From positions 1 through 55,201 of the IMG/VR virus record IMGVR_UViG_3300022200_000056: DNA of 55,201 nucleotides; one strand, given 5' to 3'. Below are positions 36,910 to 46,670 of the stretch, in pieces. Origin of the DNA: a virus. Taxonomy: Duplodnaviria; Caudoviricetes. Below the pieces are notes generated by a model that was not told the origin of the DNA, did not search any database, and saw nothing but the letters and a program-made list of their open reading frames with translations. How positions within the stretch are numbered: the stretch's first letter is position 1; each line of letters begins with the position of its first letter. Position numbers and translations under genes: made by a program.

Positions 36910-38365
36910 GCAGGAAAAGTTTCTTGATCTCCTTGAGCAATACGAGGAAGCAAAGAACAAAGAAAAGGCTCGTGTAAATTTTTTAGATTTTGTAGAGATG
37001 ATGTGGCCTGCGTTTATTGCTGGTCGGCACCATGAGATTATGGCTGATGCCTTTGAGCGTGTGGCGCGGGGTGAGTTAAAGCGCCTAATCATTAACATGC
37101 CGCCACGACATACCAAGTCAGAGTTTGCATCGTTCCTTTTCCCAGCTTGGTTTCTTGGGCAATACCCAGAGAAAAAGATTATTCAAACCGCACACACTGC
37201 TGAACTGGCAGTGGGCTTTGGCCGTAAGGTGCGTAACCTAATTAATCAGGATGATTTCCAATCAGTGTTTCCCGGCATTGAACTGTCTTCAGATTCAAAA
37301 GCGGCTGGGCGCTGGAATACAAACAAGAAGGGTGATTACTTTGCTATTGGTGTTGGCGGTGCTGTCACAGGTAAAGGCGCTGACGTTCTTATTATTGATG
37401 ACCCGCACTCAGAGCAAGAGGCGGCAATAGGGGCTTACAACCCAGAAGTATACGACAAAGTTTACGAGTGGTACACATCAGGACCGCGACAGCGTTTACA
37501 GCCGGGTGGAGCGATCATTGTAGTTATGACGCGGTGGTCTGTTAGAGATTTGACAGGGCAAATCATTAAGTCAGCCACGCAAAGACATGGCGCTGATGAT
37601 TGGGAAGTAATTGAGTTGCCCGCTATCATGCCGTCAGGAGATCCACTATGGCCCGAGTTCTGGCCTATAGATCAGTTGGAGGCACTCAAAGCAGAACTGC
37701 CTATATCCAAATGGTCTGCACAGTACCAGCAGGATCCAACATCTGAAGAAGGCGCGCTCATTAAGCGAGAATGGTGGCGTGAATGGGAATCTGAAAGCCC
37801 GCCACCGTGTGAAGCGATAATTCAAAGTTGGGATACAGCGTTTCTTAAAACGCAACGAGCGGACTATTCTGCTTGCACAACATGGGGTATCTTTAATTAT
37901 CCAAATGAACAAGGTGTAAGTGTTCCAAACTTAATACTCTTGGACGCCTACAAGGAGAAACTAGAGTTCCCAGAACTTAAACGAGCCGCATACGATAAGT
38001 ATTGGGAGTTTGAACCTGATCAAATGATCGTTGAAGCGAAAGCCGCAGGTACACCACTGATCTTTGAACTGAGGGCGATGGGCATACCTGTGACTGAATT
38101 TACCCCTTCGCGTGGACAGGATAAGATTGCTAGGGTAAATGCTGTTACTGATTTGTTTGCATCCGGTGTAGTGTGGGCCCCGCCAACGCGTTGGGCGGAA
38201 GAAGTTATTGAGGAGTGTGCGGCATTCCCGGCTGGAGAACATGATGACTTGGTTGACTCAACTACTCAAGCGATGCTGAGGTTTCGTCAAGGTGGATGGA
38301 TTAGAAGCGCGATGGATGAATGGGATGATGAGCCAGTCTATCGAAGACCTGTGGAATACTACTAA
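36857..38365 (+). CDS. terL: Terminase large subunit
   Basis: INMPPRHTKS, LIIDDP, MTRW, YQQDP, QSWDTA, HDDLVDS. Confidence 0.95.
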   Translation: MNQLQSVQDKIKNLPLSEQEKFLDLLEQYEEAKNKEKARVNFLDFVEMMWPAFIAGRHHEIMADAFERVARGELKRLIINMPPRHTKSEFASFLFPAWFLGQYPEKKIIQTAHTAELAVGFGRKVRNLINQDDFQSVFPGIELSSDSKAAGRWNTNKKGDYFAIGVGGAVTGKGADVLIIDDPHSEQEAAIGAYNPEVYDKVYEWYTSGPRQRLQPGGAIIVVMTRWSVRDLTGQIIKSATQRHGADDWEVIELPAIMPSGDPLWPEFWPIDQLEALKAELPISKWSAQYQQDPTSEEGALIKREWWREWESESPPPCEAIIQSWDTAFLKTQRADYSACTTWGIFNYPNEQGVSVPNLILLDAYKEKLEFPELKRAAYDKYWEFEPDQMIVEAKAAGTPLIFELRAMGIPVTEFTPSRGQDKIARVNAVTDLFASGVVWAPPTRWAEEVIEECAAFPAGEHDDLVDSTTQAMLRFRQGGWIRSAMDEWDDEPVYRRPVEYY

Positions 38366-38423
38366 TTAAAACCAATATATGTTATATTGCAGATATAAAA
38401 CTTTCTTTTAGGAATTATGAGAC

Positions 38424-40853
38424 ATGCCTGTAGAAAAACCAATGATCCCATCTGACTTAGACATTGAGGACACTGATGAGGTTCAAGTTGAAGTTGTTAA
38501 CCCTGAAGCAGTCGCGATTGCTACAGATGACGAGGCCATGATCTTTGACTTTAGCGGTGAGGTAACTGATGATCTTATTGGACCTGAGCATGATGCTAAC
38601 CTTGCCGAGTATATGGAAGAGGCTGACTTACAGGCGCTTGCCTCAGAACTGGTAGAAGACTTTGTCGCTGACCGCATGTCTCGCAAAGATTGGGCGCGAG
38701 CGTATGTTAAAGGCTTAGATCTACTTGGAATGAAAATTGAAGAGCGTACACAGCCTTGGCAGGGAGCGTCAGGTGTGTTTCACCCAGTTCTAACAGAAGC
38801 GATTGTAAGGTTCCAAGCACAGGCTATGGGTGAGATGTTCCCAGCATCTGGCCCTGTACGCACCAAGATTATTGGTCGCGTTAACCAAGAAAAGGTTGAG
38901 CAGGGACAGCGCGTAGAGCAGGAGATGAATTACCTGCTAACTGAAGAGATGTCTGAGTACCGTGACGAAACGGAAACGATGTTATTTAGATTGCCTTTGG
39001 CTGGGTCTGCTTTCAAGAAGGTTTACTATGACCCAATCATGGAGCGCCCATGTTCTATGTTTGTTCCTGCTGAAGATTTTGTTGTTTCTTATGGCGCCAG
39101 TGATCTTCCTACAGCGCCACGCTACACCCATGTTATGAAAAAGACAGCAAATGAGATTGTCGAACTTCAAGTTAATGGGTTTTATTTGGATGTCGATCTT
39201 CCTGATCCTGAGCCAGACTACTCAGACATCCAAGAGAAGTATGATGAAATTGATGGTGAGATGGCGGTGCTTGAAGAAGACGACCGCTTTACACTTTTAG
39301 AGATGCATGTTGACTTGAACATGCCTGAGCCTTTCGATGATCCCGACGGCATTGCTCGCCCGTATATTGTGACCATCGACAAGTCTTCACAAACTGTATT
39401 GTCTGTCAGGAGGAACTGGTATGAGGACGACCCGAAGAAAAGAAAGAGACTTCACTTTGTTCATTACAAATATTTGCCGGGCCTTGGCTTTTATGGCACG
39501 GGCCTTATTCATCTCATTGGCGGCCTTGCCAAAAGCGCTACCTCGATTCTTCGCCAACTTATTGATGCGGGTACGCTATCTAATCTCCCGGCTGGTCTCA
39601 AGGCTCGCGGTCTTCGTATTAAAGGCGATGATTCGCCTCTCATGCCGGGTGAGTTCCGTGACGTGGACGTACCGGGTGGTGCGATCCGCGATAGCATTGC
39701 ATTTATTCCTTACAAGGAGCCGTCATCGGTACTATACCAACTTCTCGGAAATATCGTGGAAGAGGGGAGAAGGATTGGCTCCGTTGCGGATGTTCAAGTT
39801 GGAAACCTTAATCCACAAGCGCCAGTAGGTACAACCCTAGCCTTGATGGAACGTAGCATGAAAGTTATGTCTGGTGTTCAGGCGCGCCTTCATGCCTCAC
39901 TAAAACGTGAGCTAAAAATCTTAGCAACCATCATCCGTGATTACATGCCATCAGAATATTCGTATGAACTTGATGGACAGTTTGATCGCCGCGCTGACTT
40001 TGATGCTCGGGTTGATGTTATACCTGTATCTGATCCAAATGCGTCAACAATGTCACAGCGTGTTGTTCAGTATCAGGCCGCTATTCAGTTAGCACAGCAG
40101 GCCCCACAACTTTACGATATGGGTAAGTTGCACCGTCAAATGCTAGAGGTACTGGGCATTAAGGACGCTGACAAAATTATTAAACTTCCTGATGATATTA
40201 AACCAGCAGACCCTGTGTCTGAAAATATGTCTATCTTGAAACAAGAGCCAGTCAAAGCCTTCAAGTATCAAGATCATGAGGCGCATATTCAAGTTCATAT
40301 TGCCGCCGCTCAAGATCCTAAACTTCAAGAGATTGTCGGTCAAAGCCCATTTGCCGGAGCCATTCAAGCATCAATGGCGGCTCATATTACTGAGCATGTA
40401 GCGTACCAGTATCGCAAAGAAATTGAAAAGAATCTTGGCGTTGGACTGCCAGATGAAGATGCTAAGTTGCCAGAAGATATTGAACTTGAACTAAGCAGAC
40501 TTTCAGCAGAAGCGGCTGGTAAACTTCTTCGCAAAGATCAGGCAGAGGCCGCGCAAGAAGAAGCAATGCGACAGCAACAAGACCCGCTTACTCAAATCCA
40601 ACAACGCGAGCTTGCAATCAAAGAACAAGAACTTCAGCACAAAATTCAAATGGACATGGCTAAGTTGCAAGCCGATATGCAGAAGTCAGCGGCTAACATT
40701 GCTATTCAGAAGGAGCGCATTGACTCCGAAGAACAGCGAGATGGCGCTCGTATTGGTGCCAAGGTTGCCATGGAGCAAGATAAAGCAAGACGGGAAGAAA
40801 TTAAAGACGGAATGCAGATTGGTATTGAAATCGCTAAAAACATTGGAGACTAA
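38424..40853 (+). CDS. Portal protein
   Basis: 809 aa directly after TerL; GSAFKKVYYD, GFYGTGLIH, C-terminal coiled-coil barrel. Confidence 0.88.
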   Translation: MPVEKPMIPSDLDIEDTDEVQVEVVNPEAVAIATDDEAMIFDFSGEVTDDLIGPEHDANLAEYMEEADLQALASELVEDFVADRMSRKDWARAYVKGLDLLGMKIEERTQPWQGASGVFHPVLTEAIVRFQAQAMGEMFPASGPVRTKIIGRVNQEKVEQGQRVEQEMNYLLTEEMSEYRDETETMLFRLPLAGSAFKKVYYDPIMERPCSMFVPAEDFVVSYGASDLPTAPRYTHVMKKTANEIVELQVNGFYLDVDLPDPEPDYSDIQEKYDEIDGEMAVLEEDDRFTLLEMHVDLNMPEPFDDPDGIARPYIVTIDKSSQTVLSVRRNWYEDDPKKRKRLHFVHYKYLPGLGFYGTGLIHLIGGLAKSATSILRQLIDAGTLSNLPAGLKARGLRIKGDDSPLMPGEFRDVDVPGGAIRDSIAFIPYKEPSSVLYQLLGNIVEEGRRIGSVADVQVGNLNPQAPVGTTLALMERSMKVMSGVQARLHASLKRELKILATIIRDYMPSEYSYELDGQFDRRADFDARVDVIPVSDPNASTMSQRVVQYQAAIQLAQQAPQLYDMGKLHRQMLEVLGIKDADKIIKLPDDIKPADPVSENMSILKQEPVKAFKYQDHEAHIQVHIAAAQDPKLQEIVGQSPFAGAIQASMAAHITEHVAYQYRKEIEKNLGVGLPDEDAKLPEDIELELSRLSAEAAGKLLRKDQAEAAQEEAMRQQQDPLTQIQQRELAIKEQELQHKIQMDMAKLQADMQKSAANIAIQKERIDSEEQRDGARIGAKVAMEQDKARREEIKDGMQIGIEIAKNIGD

Positions 40854-40855
40854 AT

Positions 40856-41050
40856 ATGGCGGAACCACTTACTGGGTATACACCGTTAAAGATTAAATTA
40901 CGGGAGTACATGAACGCGGCGGCTGACCACATGGCTTCTGGCGGTTGCACGAACTTTGATGAGTACCAAAGAATGGTTGGCAAGGTTGAGGCTTTAGCTT
41001 TAGTTGAGCGCGACATTTTGGACTTAGAGGAAAAGTATATCGAAAGTTGA
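40856..41050 (+). CDS. Small hypothetical head-module protein
   Basis: FDEYQRMVGKVEAL motif; follows portal. Confidence 0.65.
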   Translation: MAEPLTGYTPLKIKLREYMNAAADHMASGGCTNFDEYQRMVGKVEALALVERDILDLEEKYIES

Positions 41051-41157
41051 CTGGGGTCTTCTAACAGTGTCAACTGTGGTGTATATTATAAAATGTGGAG
41101 ACTTACAGGCGATAGCCTGCTAGGTACTGTGAACCTCAATCACTGCAAGGATGACGG

Positions 41158-41526
41158 ATGTATTCTGCTACTAAAGAAGTCGATCAAAAGATCGCAATTA
41201 AAATACCAGATCCTTCTGGATACAAACTCTTAATTAAACCTTTAGAAGTCCAAGAAAAAACTGAAAGCGGTATTTATATGCCTGACGCCCTTAAGAGCGC
41301 AGAGCAAACCGCATCGGTAATTGGATTCGTGGTCAAGATGGGCCCTGATGCTTACAAAGACGCAAGTAAGTTTCCGAACGGACCGTATTGTAAAGAAGGC
41401 GACTTTGTAATTTTTCGTTCTTATTCCGGCACACGGTTTAAGATTGAAAAGCAAGAGTTTCGCCTTATTAACGATGACACTGTCGAAGCAGTTGTCGATG
41501 ACCCAAGGGGATATACAAGAGCATGA
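41158..41526 (+). CDS. groES: Co-chaperonin GroES-like protein
   Basis: PSGYKLLIKP..EKTESGIYMP..VVKMGP..GDFV..GTRFKI..LINDD. Confidence 0.88.
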   Translation: MYSATKEVDQKIAIKIPDPSGYKLLIKPLEVQEKTESGIYMPDALKSAEQTASVIGFVVKMGPDAYKDASKFPNGPYCKEGDFVIFRSYSGTRFKIEKQEFRLINDDTVEAVVDDPRGYTRA

Positions 41527-42458
41527 ATGATCCAGTAGAAAAATACGAAGACGACACCGAGATTAAATCTGGTGCTGATGAAAGTTCTATAGAACTTGAA
41601 ATTGTAGACGATACTCCTGAAGAGGATCGTAACAAGCCGCGCCGTTCAGACGATGCGGAGCCTGATATTCCAGAGGACGATGAGATTGCCAACTATGGCG
41701 AGAACGTCCAAAAGCGTATCAAGCAACTTAAGTATGAGTTCCACGAGGAGCGACGCCGCAAAGAGGAAGCGTCTCGGCTACAGGATGAAGCCGTATCATA
41801 CGCGCAAAAAATTTATGAAGAGAACCAGCGTCTCAAGAAAGCCCTTGAGGACGGCGAAGGCGTTCTGATTAATCAGGCAAAAGGCCGGGTTGAAGCAGAA
41901 CTAGATAAAGCAAAGTCAGCCTACAAAGCCGCCTACGAAAGCGGTGACCCAGATGCTTTGGTTGAAGCGCAAGAAAAACTTTCTGAACTTCAAGCAGAAA
42001 AACTTCGGGTTAATTCTTTCAGACCTCAAAAGCAAGCAGAGACTCCAGCGCCAGAATTAAAAAAAGCGCCACAGCCTCAAAAGCCAGACGAACACGCAAT
42101 GCGTTGGGCAGAAAAGAATGACTGGTTCAATAAAGATAAAATGATGACGGCGTTTGCCTATGGTGTGCATGAGGATTTAGTCAGCACTCATGGCATTGAT
42201 CCGCGTCGATCACCAGAAATTTATTATGAACGCATCGATAAAGAGATGCGGAAAAGATTTCCAGACAAGTTCGGTGAGCAAAGTTTTGAGGACGCACCTG
42301 CTCGCCAAACTGGTTCCGTGGTTGCCCCCGCTAATCGGAGTGCAAAAAAACCACGCAGGGTGCAACTTACCTCAACGCAAGTCTCTCTCGCCAAGAGGCT
42401 TGGCCTGACTAACGAACAGTATGCGGCGCAACTCTTGAAGGAGTCATCTAATGTCTGA
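41523..42458 (+). CDS. Capsid scaffolding protein
   Basis: Acidic N-terminus, coiled coil, C-terminal LTSTQVSLAKRLGLTNEQYA. Confidence 0.75.
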   Translation: MNDPVEKYEDDTEIKSGADESSIELEIVDDTPEEDRNKPRRSDDAEPDIPEDDEIANYGENVQKRIKQLKYEFHEERRRKEEASRLQDEAVSYAQKIYEENQRLKKALEDGEGVLINQAKGRVEAELDKAKSAYKAAYESGDPDALVEAQEKLSELQAEKLRVNSFRPQKQAETPAPELKKAPQPQKPDEHAMRWAEKNDWFNKDKMMTAFAYGVHEDLVSTHGIDPRRSPEIYYERIDKEMRKRFPDKFGEQSFEDAPARQTGSVVAPANRSAKKPRRVQLTSTQVSLAKRLGLTNEQYAAQLLKESSNV

Positions 42459-42894
42459 TAGAACCCCACGCTCCAATACTTCCCGTGAAACAGAGGGAAG
42501 AAAAAAAACTTGGCAAAGACCGACTATGTTGCCCACCCCCGAACCCCGCGAAGGCGTAGAGTATCGCTGGATTCGCACCACAATGATGGGTGATAGCGAC
42601 AATAAGAATGTGTCTTCAAAATTTCGTGAGGGTTGGACGCCAGTAAAGGCAGAAGATCACCCAGAGCTCCAAGTGTTGCCGGATATCGATTCTCGATTTG
42701 AAGGTAATGTTGAGGTTGGAGGATTGCTACTTTGCGAGAACTCAACCGATTATGTGGAAAGCCGTAGGGAAGCGCACGATGAAATGGCGCATTCGCAGAT
42801 TCAATCTGTCGATAACAATTACCTACGTCAATCCGATCCTCGTATGCCTGTTCTGAACCCAGAGCGGTCTACGAAAACTTCGTTTGGTAAGTGA
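42451..42894 (+). CDS. Hypothetical head-module protein
   Basis: YRWIR..REGWTPV..VGGLLLC; lies between scaffold and capsid genes. Confidence 0.7.
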   Translation: MSDRTPRSNTSRETEGRKKTWQRPTMLPTPEPREGVEYRWIRTTMMGDSDNKNVSSKFREGWTPVKAEDHPELQVLPDIDSRFEGNVEVGGLLLCENSTDYVESRREAHDEMAHSQIQSVDNNYLRQSDPRMPVLNPERSTKTSFGK

Positions 42895-42951
42895 CCTTAG
42901 TTAGGACGCTTACTGTAATTTAATGGCTAGATAGAGAAGAGGGACTTTGAA

Positions 42952-43554
42952 ATGTCTTCAACTGCCGCTCCTTTCGGTCTGCGTCCGATTAATCGTTTAG
43001 GTTCTGGTTCTCAGGAAGTTTTCCGCCAGTATCCTATTGCGTCTGCTTATGGCACTAACATTGCTATGGGCGACATCGTTCAACTTGTGGACGGTGGCAC
43101 TGCAACGACAATCGAAAAGCAGTCCGCTACTGGCGATGATACGACAGAAATCGACATCGTTGGTATTTTCATGGGTTGTTCTTATACAGACCCAAATACC
43201 GGTCAACTGACCTTCAGCCAAATGTGGCCAGCAAGCACTGTTGCTTCTGACGCAATGGCATTTGTTGTTGATAACCCAAATGTAGAGTTTGTTATCCAAG
43301 CGGATGGCGCACCTACAAACACTGGTGACATCTACGGCAAAAACACCCTGCTCGTTCAAACTGCACCGAACACAACCTTTAAGGTTAGCCGTGTGGCTTT
43401 GGATATCTCCGAAATCAGCACTGATGCACAGAACCCAATCCGGATTCTGGACTACCTCGGTGGTGATAAAGGCGATGAAAAGGGTACGTCTTATCCGTTG
43501 TTGGTATGTAAATTTAACTACCACCAGCACACTTCAACAACTGGTTCTGCATAA
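42952..43554 (+). CDS. Capsid decoration/cement-like protein
   Basis: APFGLRP N-terminus, beta-rich, directly before MCP. Confidence 0.65.
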   Translation: MSSTAAPFGLRPINRLGSGSQEVFRQYPIASAYGTNIAMGDIVQLVDGGTATTIEKQSATGDDTTEIDIVGIFMGCSYTDPNTGQLTFSQMWPASTVASDAMAFVVDNPNVEFVIQADGAPTNTGDIYGKNTLLVQTAPNTTFKVSRVALDISEISTDAQNPIRILDYLGGDKGDEKGTSYPLLVCKFNYHQHTSTTGSA

Positions 43555-43564
43555 GGAGTGAATA

Positions 43565-44470
43565 ATGACGATTTCACGCGCACAACTCCTGAAGGAACTG
43601 TTGCCCGGTCTTAATGCACTGTTCGGCATGGAATACGATAAGTACGAAAACGAACATGCTGAAATCTACGAAACCGAAACATCCGAACGCTCCTTCGAAG
43701 AAGAAGTGAAATTATCGGGCTTCGGCGCCGCTCCGGTTAAGCCGGAAGGTTCAGCGATTTCCTATGACAATGCACAGGAATCCTTCACTGCTCGTTACAA
43801 CCACGAAACGGTTGCAATGGGCTTCTCAGTGACCGAAGAAGCTATGGAGGATAACCTCTATGACGCGCTCTCCGCTCGCTACACAAAAGCCTTGGCTCGC
43901 GCCATGGCTTATACCAAGCAGGTCAAGGCGGCTTCACTGCTGAACACTGGCTTCACCACTTTCCAATCTGGCGATGGTGTGACCCTGTTCAACGCCTCTC
44001 ACCCAACTGTTGCTGGCGGTAACAACGCTAACCGTCCTTCTGTTGCGGCTGACCTGAACGAAACTTCTTTGGAAGATGCTGTTATCAACATCGCCGCATT
44101 CACTGATGAACGCGGTCTGTTGATTGCCGCTCGCCCACGGAAGTTGATCGTTCCACCTGCACTGATGTTTGTAGCAACTCGCTTGCTTCAGACAGACCTG
44201 CGGACTGGTACTGCTGATAACGACATCAACGCTCTGCGTAGCAATGGCTCGATCCCTGAAGGGTTCCGTGTCAACCACTACCTGACAGACACCGATGCGT
44301 TCTTCATCACTACCGATGTTCCAAATGGCATGAAGCACTTTGTCCGTACCGCAATGTCAACCTCAATGGATGGTGACTTCGATACTGGCAACGTTCGCTA
44401 CAAAGCCCGTGAGCGCTATAGTTTCGGCGTATCCGATCCTCTTGGGATCTACGGTTCACCCGGCGCCTAA
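43565..44470 (+). CDS. Major capsid protein
   Basis: ISRAQLLKELLPGLNALFG..GDGVTLF..HP..RYKARERYSFG; strong codon bias; followed by terminator. Confidence 0.9.
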   Translation: MTISRAQLLKELLPGLNALFGMEYDKYENEHAEIYETETSERSFEEEVKLSGFGAAPVKPEGSAISYDNAQESFTARYNHETVAMGFSVTEEAMEDNLYDALSARYTKALARAMAYTKQVKAASLLNTGFTTFQSGDGVTLFNASHPTVAGGNNANRPSVAADLNETSLEDAVINIAAFTDERGLLIAARPRKLIVPPALMFVATRLLQTDLRTGTADNDINALRSNGSIPEGFRVNHYLTDTDAFFITTDVPNGMKHFVRTAMSTSMDGDFDTGNVRYKARERYSFGVSDPLGIYGSPGA

Positions 44471-44494
44471 GTTAATTAGGCTAGAAACTTTTTG

Positions 44495-44524
44495 GAAGGG
44501 CGTCTTTCGGGGCGCCCTTTCTTT
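44495..44524 (+). terminator. Intrinsic terminator after MCP
   Basis: AAGGGCGTC-TTTCG-GGGCGCCCTT followed by T-rich tail. Confidence 0.8.
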
Positions 44525-44593
44525 GTGTATAATGTATAAGAACCTTGACAGCCGCATGGTGTGGCTGACATTAGCCAAGACAAGGAGTTCCTC

Positions 44594-45022
44594 ATGGCTA
44601 CCACAACTTTTTCCGGTCCTATTAAAGCAGGATCGATCCGCGAAGGCGCATCTGCGAATGTCGGCTTCGTAAAAATGGCTCAAACTGCATCTTGGACTCA
44701 GTCTACAACCGCAGCTGATACAGGTATTACAATCCCTGCTAATAGCCAAATCACTGAAATTTCAATCTACATCACAACGGCTCCCGCTACTTCCAACATT
44801 AGTATGGGTACAAGCTCAACTTCTACTGAGCTGTTTACTGCTCTTGCCTCTGGCACAGCTGCAAATGTAATCCTGCATGGCTCTGACGGCACTATTACAG
44901 ATGCAGATACTTGGGCTGATATTGGTTCCTCGGATGTTAGTATCTTTATTGACTTTTCCGCTGGTTCAACGGGTGCTGGCTATGTGACTGTAGAATACAT
45001 TCAAAACATTAATAACGCCTAA
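44594..45022 (+). CDS. Virion structural protein
   Basis: AAGGAG RBS; MATTTFSGPIKAG start; Thr/Ser-rich. Confidence 0.7.
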   Translation: MATTTFSGPIKAGSIREGASANVGFVKMAQTASWTQSTTAADTGITIPANSQITEISIYITTAPATSNISMGTSSTSTELFTALASGTAANVILHGSDGTITDADTWADIGSSDVSIFIDFSAGSTGAGYVTVEYIQNINNA

Positions 45023-45034
45023 TAGGAGGCTGTT

Positions 45035-45313
45035 ATGGCCATATCTGACATTTTCGCAGTGACGAAAACAGCGGATGCTACGGTATATGCTGGTCGCGCT
45101 CGTGTGCGTCAGATTCAGGTAAAGACAGCAACCTCAGGATCCCCGAAGATTATCTTGAAGGATGGAGGCGCAAGCGGCACAGCGCTGCTTGATCTTTCAT
45201 TTGGCACAACTGATACATTTTCGGTTAACATTCCAGATAATGGGATCCTCTTTGGCACAGATGTTTATCTAGATCTGACAGATTGTTTAAGTGTGACAGT
45301 ATTCCTGTCATAA
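45035..45313 (+). CDS. Small structural protein
   Basis: AGGAGG RBS; IPDNGILF motif. Confidence 0.65.
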   Translation: MAISDIFAVTKTADATVYAGRARVRQIQVKTATSGSPKIILKDGGASGTALLDLSFGTTDTFSVNIPDNGILFGTDVYLDLTDCLSVTVFLS

Positions 45314-45325
45314 AGGAGTTATCGA

Positions 45326-46111
45326 ATGGCTGAGAAAAGTTCCATATCCCGCGTAGGGACTAGTGAGCCATTCGAGCTTCAAGTTGCTCGTGGGCAAATC
45401 ACCTTCCATAAAACTGTTTTTAAGTTTGGCTACAACGCTGCTGTTGGATCCACCAAGGAAACTATTTGGGAACAAGGCGGTTTATACGCTTATCCCGCAT
45501 CAGCAACAGTAATGACTATATCAAGCAGCTCAACTGACGACACTGCCGCAGGAACTGGTGCAAGAACAGTAGAAGTTTTTGGCCTAGACGCCGATTACAA
45601 CGAAATAAACGAAATTGTCACATTGAATGGGCAAACAGCAGTTAATACCACAAAGTCTTACCTCCGTATAAATCGTGGCATTGTCCGCAGTGCAGGTAGT
45701 GGAGGTGCAAACGCTGGAACACTTTACGCAGGAACAGGCACAGTGACCGCTGGAGTTCCAGCTAATATTTACCTGACCATAAATGGTGATGGCGACAACC
45801 AAACATTGATGGCTCTTTGGACGGTTCCCGCAGGATACACAGCATTCCTTACAAAGATGGCTTTATCCACAGGGACATCTACCAACACCAAAGCCGTTTT
45901 GAATGCTAGTCTTGTAGCTAGACCATACGAAGAAGTCTTCCAGATAAAAGAAAGATTTACTCTTACAGATGGCGCACACGAACAGTTTTATACTTTTCCA
46001 TTAAGGTTCACAGAAAAAACAGACTTAGAGATGAGAGCGTTTTCTTCTTCAGGCTCAGTTGACTTCAATGTGTCCGCCTCAATGGAGTTTGTTTACATTC
46101 AAAATGGTTGA
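45326..46111 (+). CDS. Structural protein
   Basis: KFGYN..GTGARTV..GLDADY..WTVPAGYTAF. Confidence 0.65.
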   Translation: MAEKSSISRVGTSEPFELQVARGQITFHKTVFKFGYNAAVGSTKETIWEQGGLYAYPASATVMTISSSSTDDTAAGTGARTVEVFGLDADYNEINEIVTLNGQTAVNTTKSYLRINRGIVRSAGSGGANAGTLYAGTGTVTAGVPANIYLTINGDGDNQTLMALWTVPAGYTAFLTKMALSTGTSTNTKAVLNASLVARPYEEVFQIKERFTLTDGAHEQFYTFPLRFTEKTDLEMRAFSSSGSVDFNVSASMEFVYIQNG

Positions 46112-46119
46112 GAGAAATC

Positions 46120-46473
46120 ATGACTAGTAAATACCCCGGCATAAAGAGACTACCTTCTGGAGGCATTGAGTACAGAGGAAAAAAGTTTTCTGGTTTCAAT
46201 AAGCCGCGCAAGTCTGACCGCGCTGGTAAAAAAGGAATGGTTCTTGCTAAAGAAGGTGATAAGGTTAAACTAATTCATTTTGGCGATTCGTCAATGGGTC
46301 ATAACTATTCACCCGCCGCAAGGAAGTCTTTTAAAGCGCGCCACGCCAAAAACATTGCTAAGGGCAAAATGAGCGCCGCTTATTGGGCTGACAAGAAATT
46401 ATGGGCTGGCCCAAGCGGATCTAAAAAATCTCCACCTAAATCACAAAAACACAAGAAGTATGGGAAGTCGTGA
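46120..46473 (+). CDS. Lys-rich basic protein
   Basis: KLIHFGD..ARKSFKARH..SAAYWA. Confidence 0.65.
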   Translation: MTSKYPGIKRLPSGGIEYRGKKFSGFNKPRKSDRAGKKGMVLAKEGDKVKLIHFGDSSMGHNYSPAARKSFKARHAKNIAKGKMSAAYWADKKLWAGPSGSKKSPPKSQKHKKYGKS

Positions 46474-46670
46474 TGGAAAAGGTAGAGGTAACCCTAGCAA
46501 GATTAGAAGAGCGCATAGCGCAACTTCAGGACGAGGTTCGGCATGTGCACAAAGAAGTCTCTGACTTAAAGGCACAAGCAAATAGGTGGAAGGGCGCATT
46601 CTGGGTAATGATTGCCATTGGTGGCGCTATAGGAACTTTAAGCCATATATTCTTTAGTTGGATAAAATGA
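46470..46670 (+). CDS. Coiled-coil plus TM small protein
   Basis: LARLEERI..RWKGAFWVMIAIGG. Confidence 0.6.
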   Translation: MMEKVEVTLARLEERIAQLQDEVRHVHKEVSDLKAQANRWKGAFWVMIAIGGAIGTLSHIFFSWIK

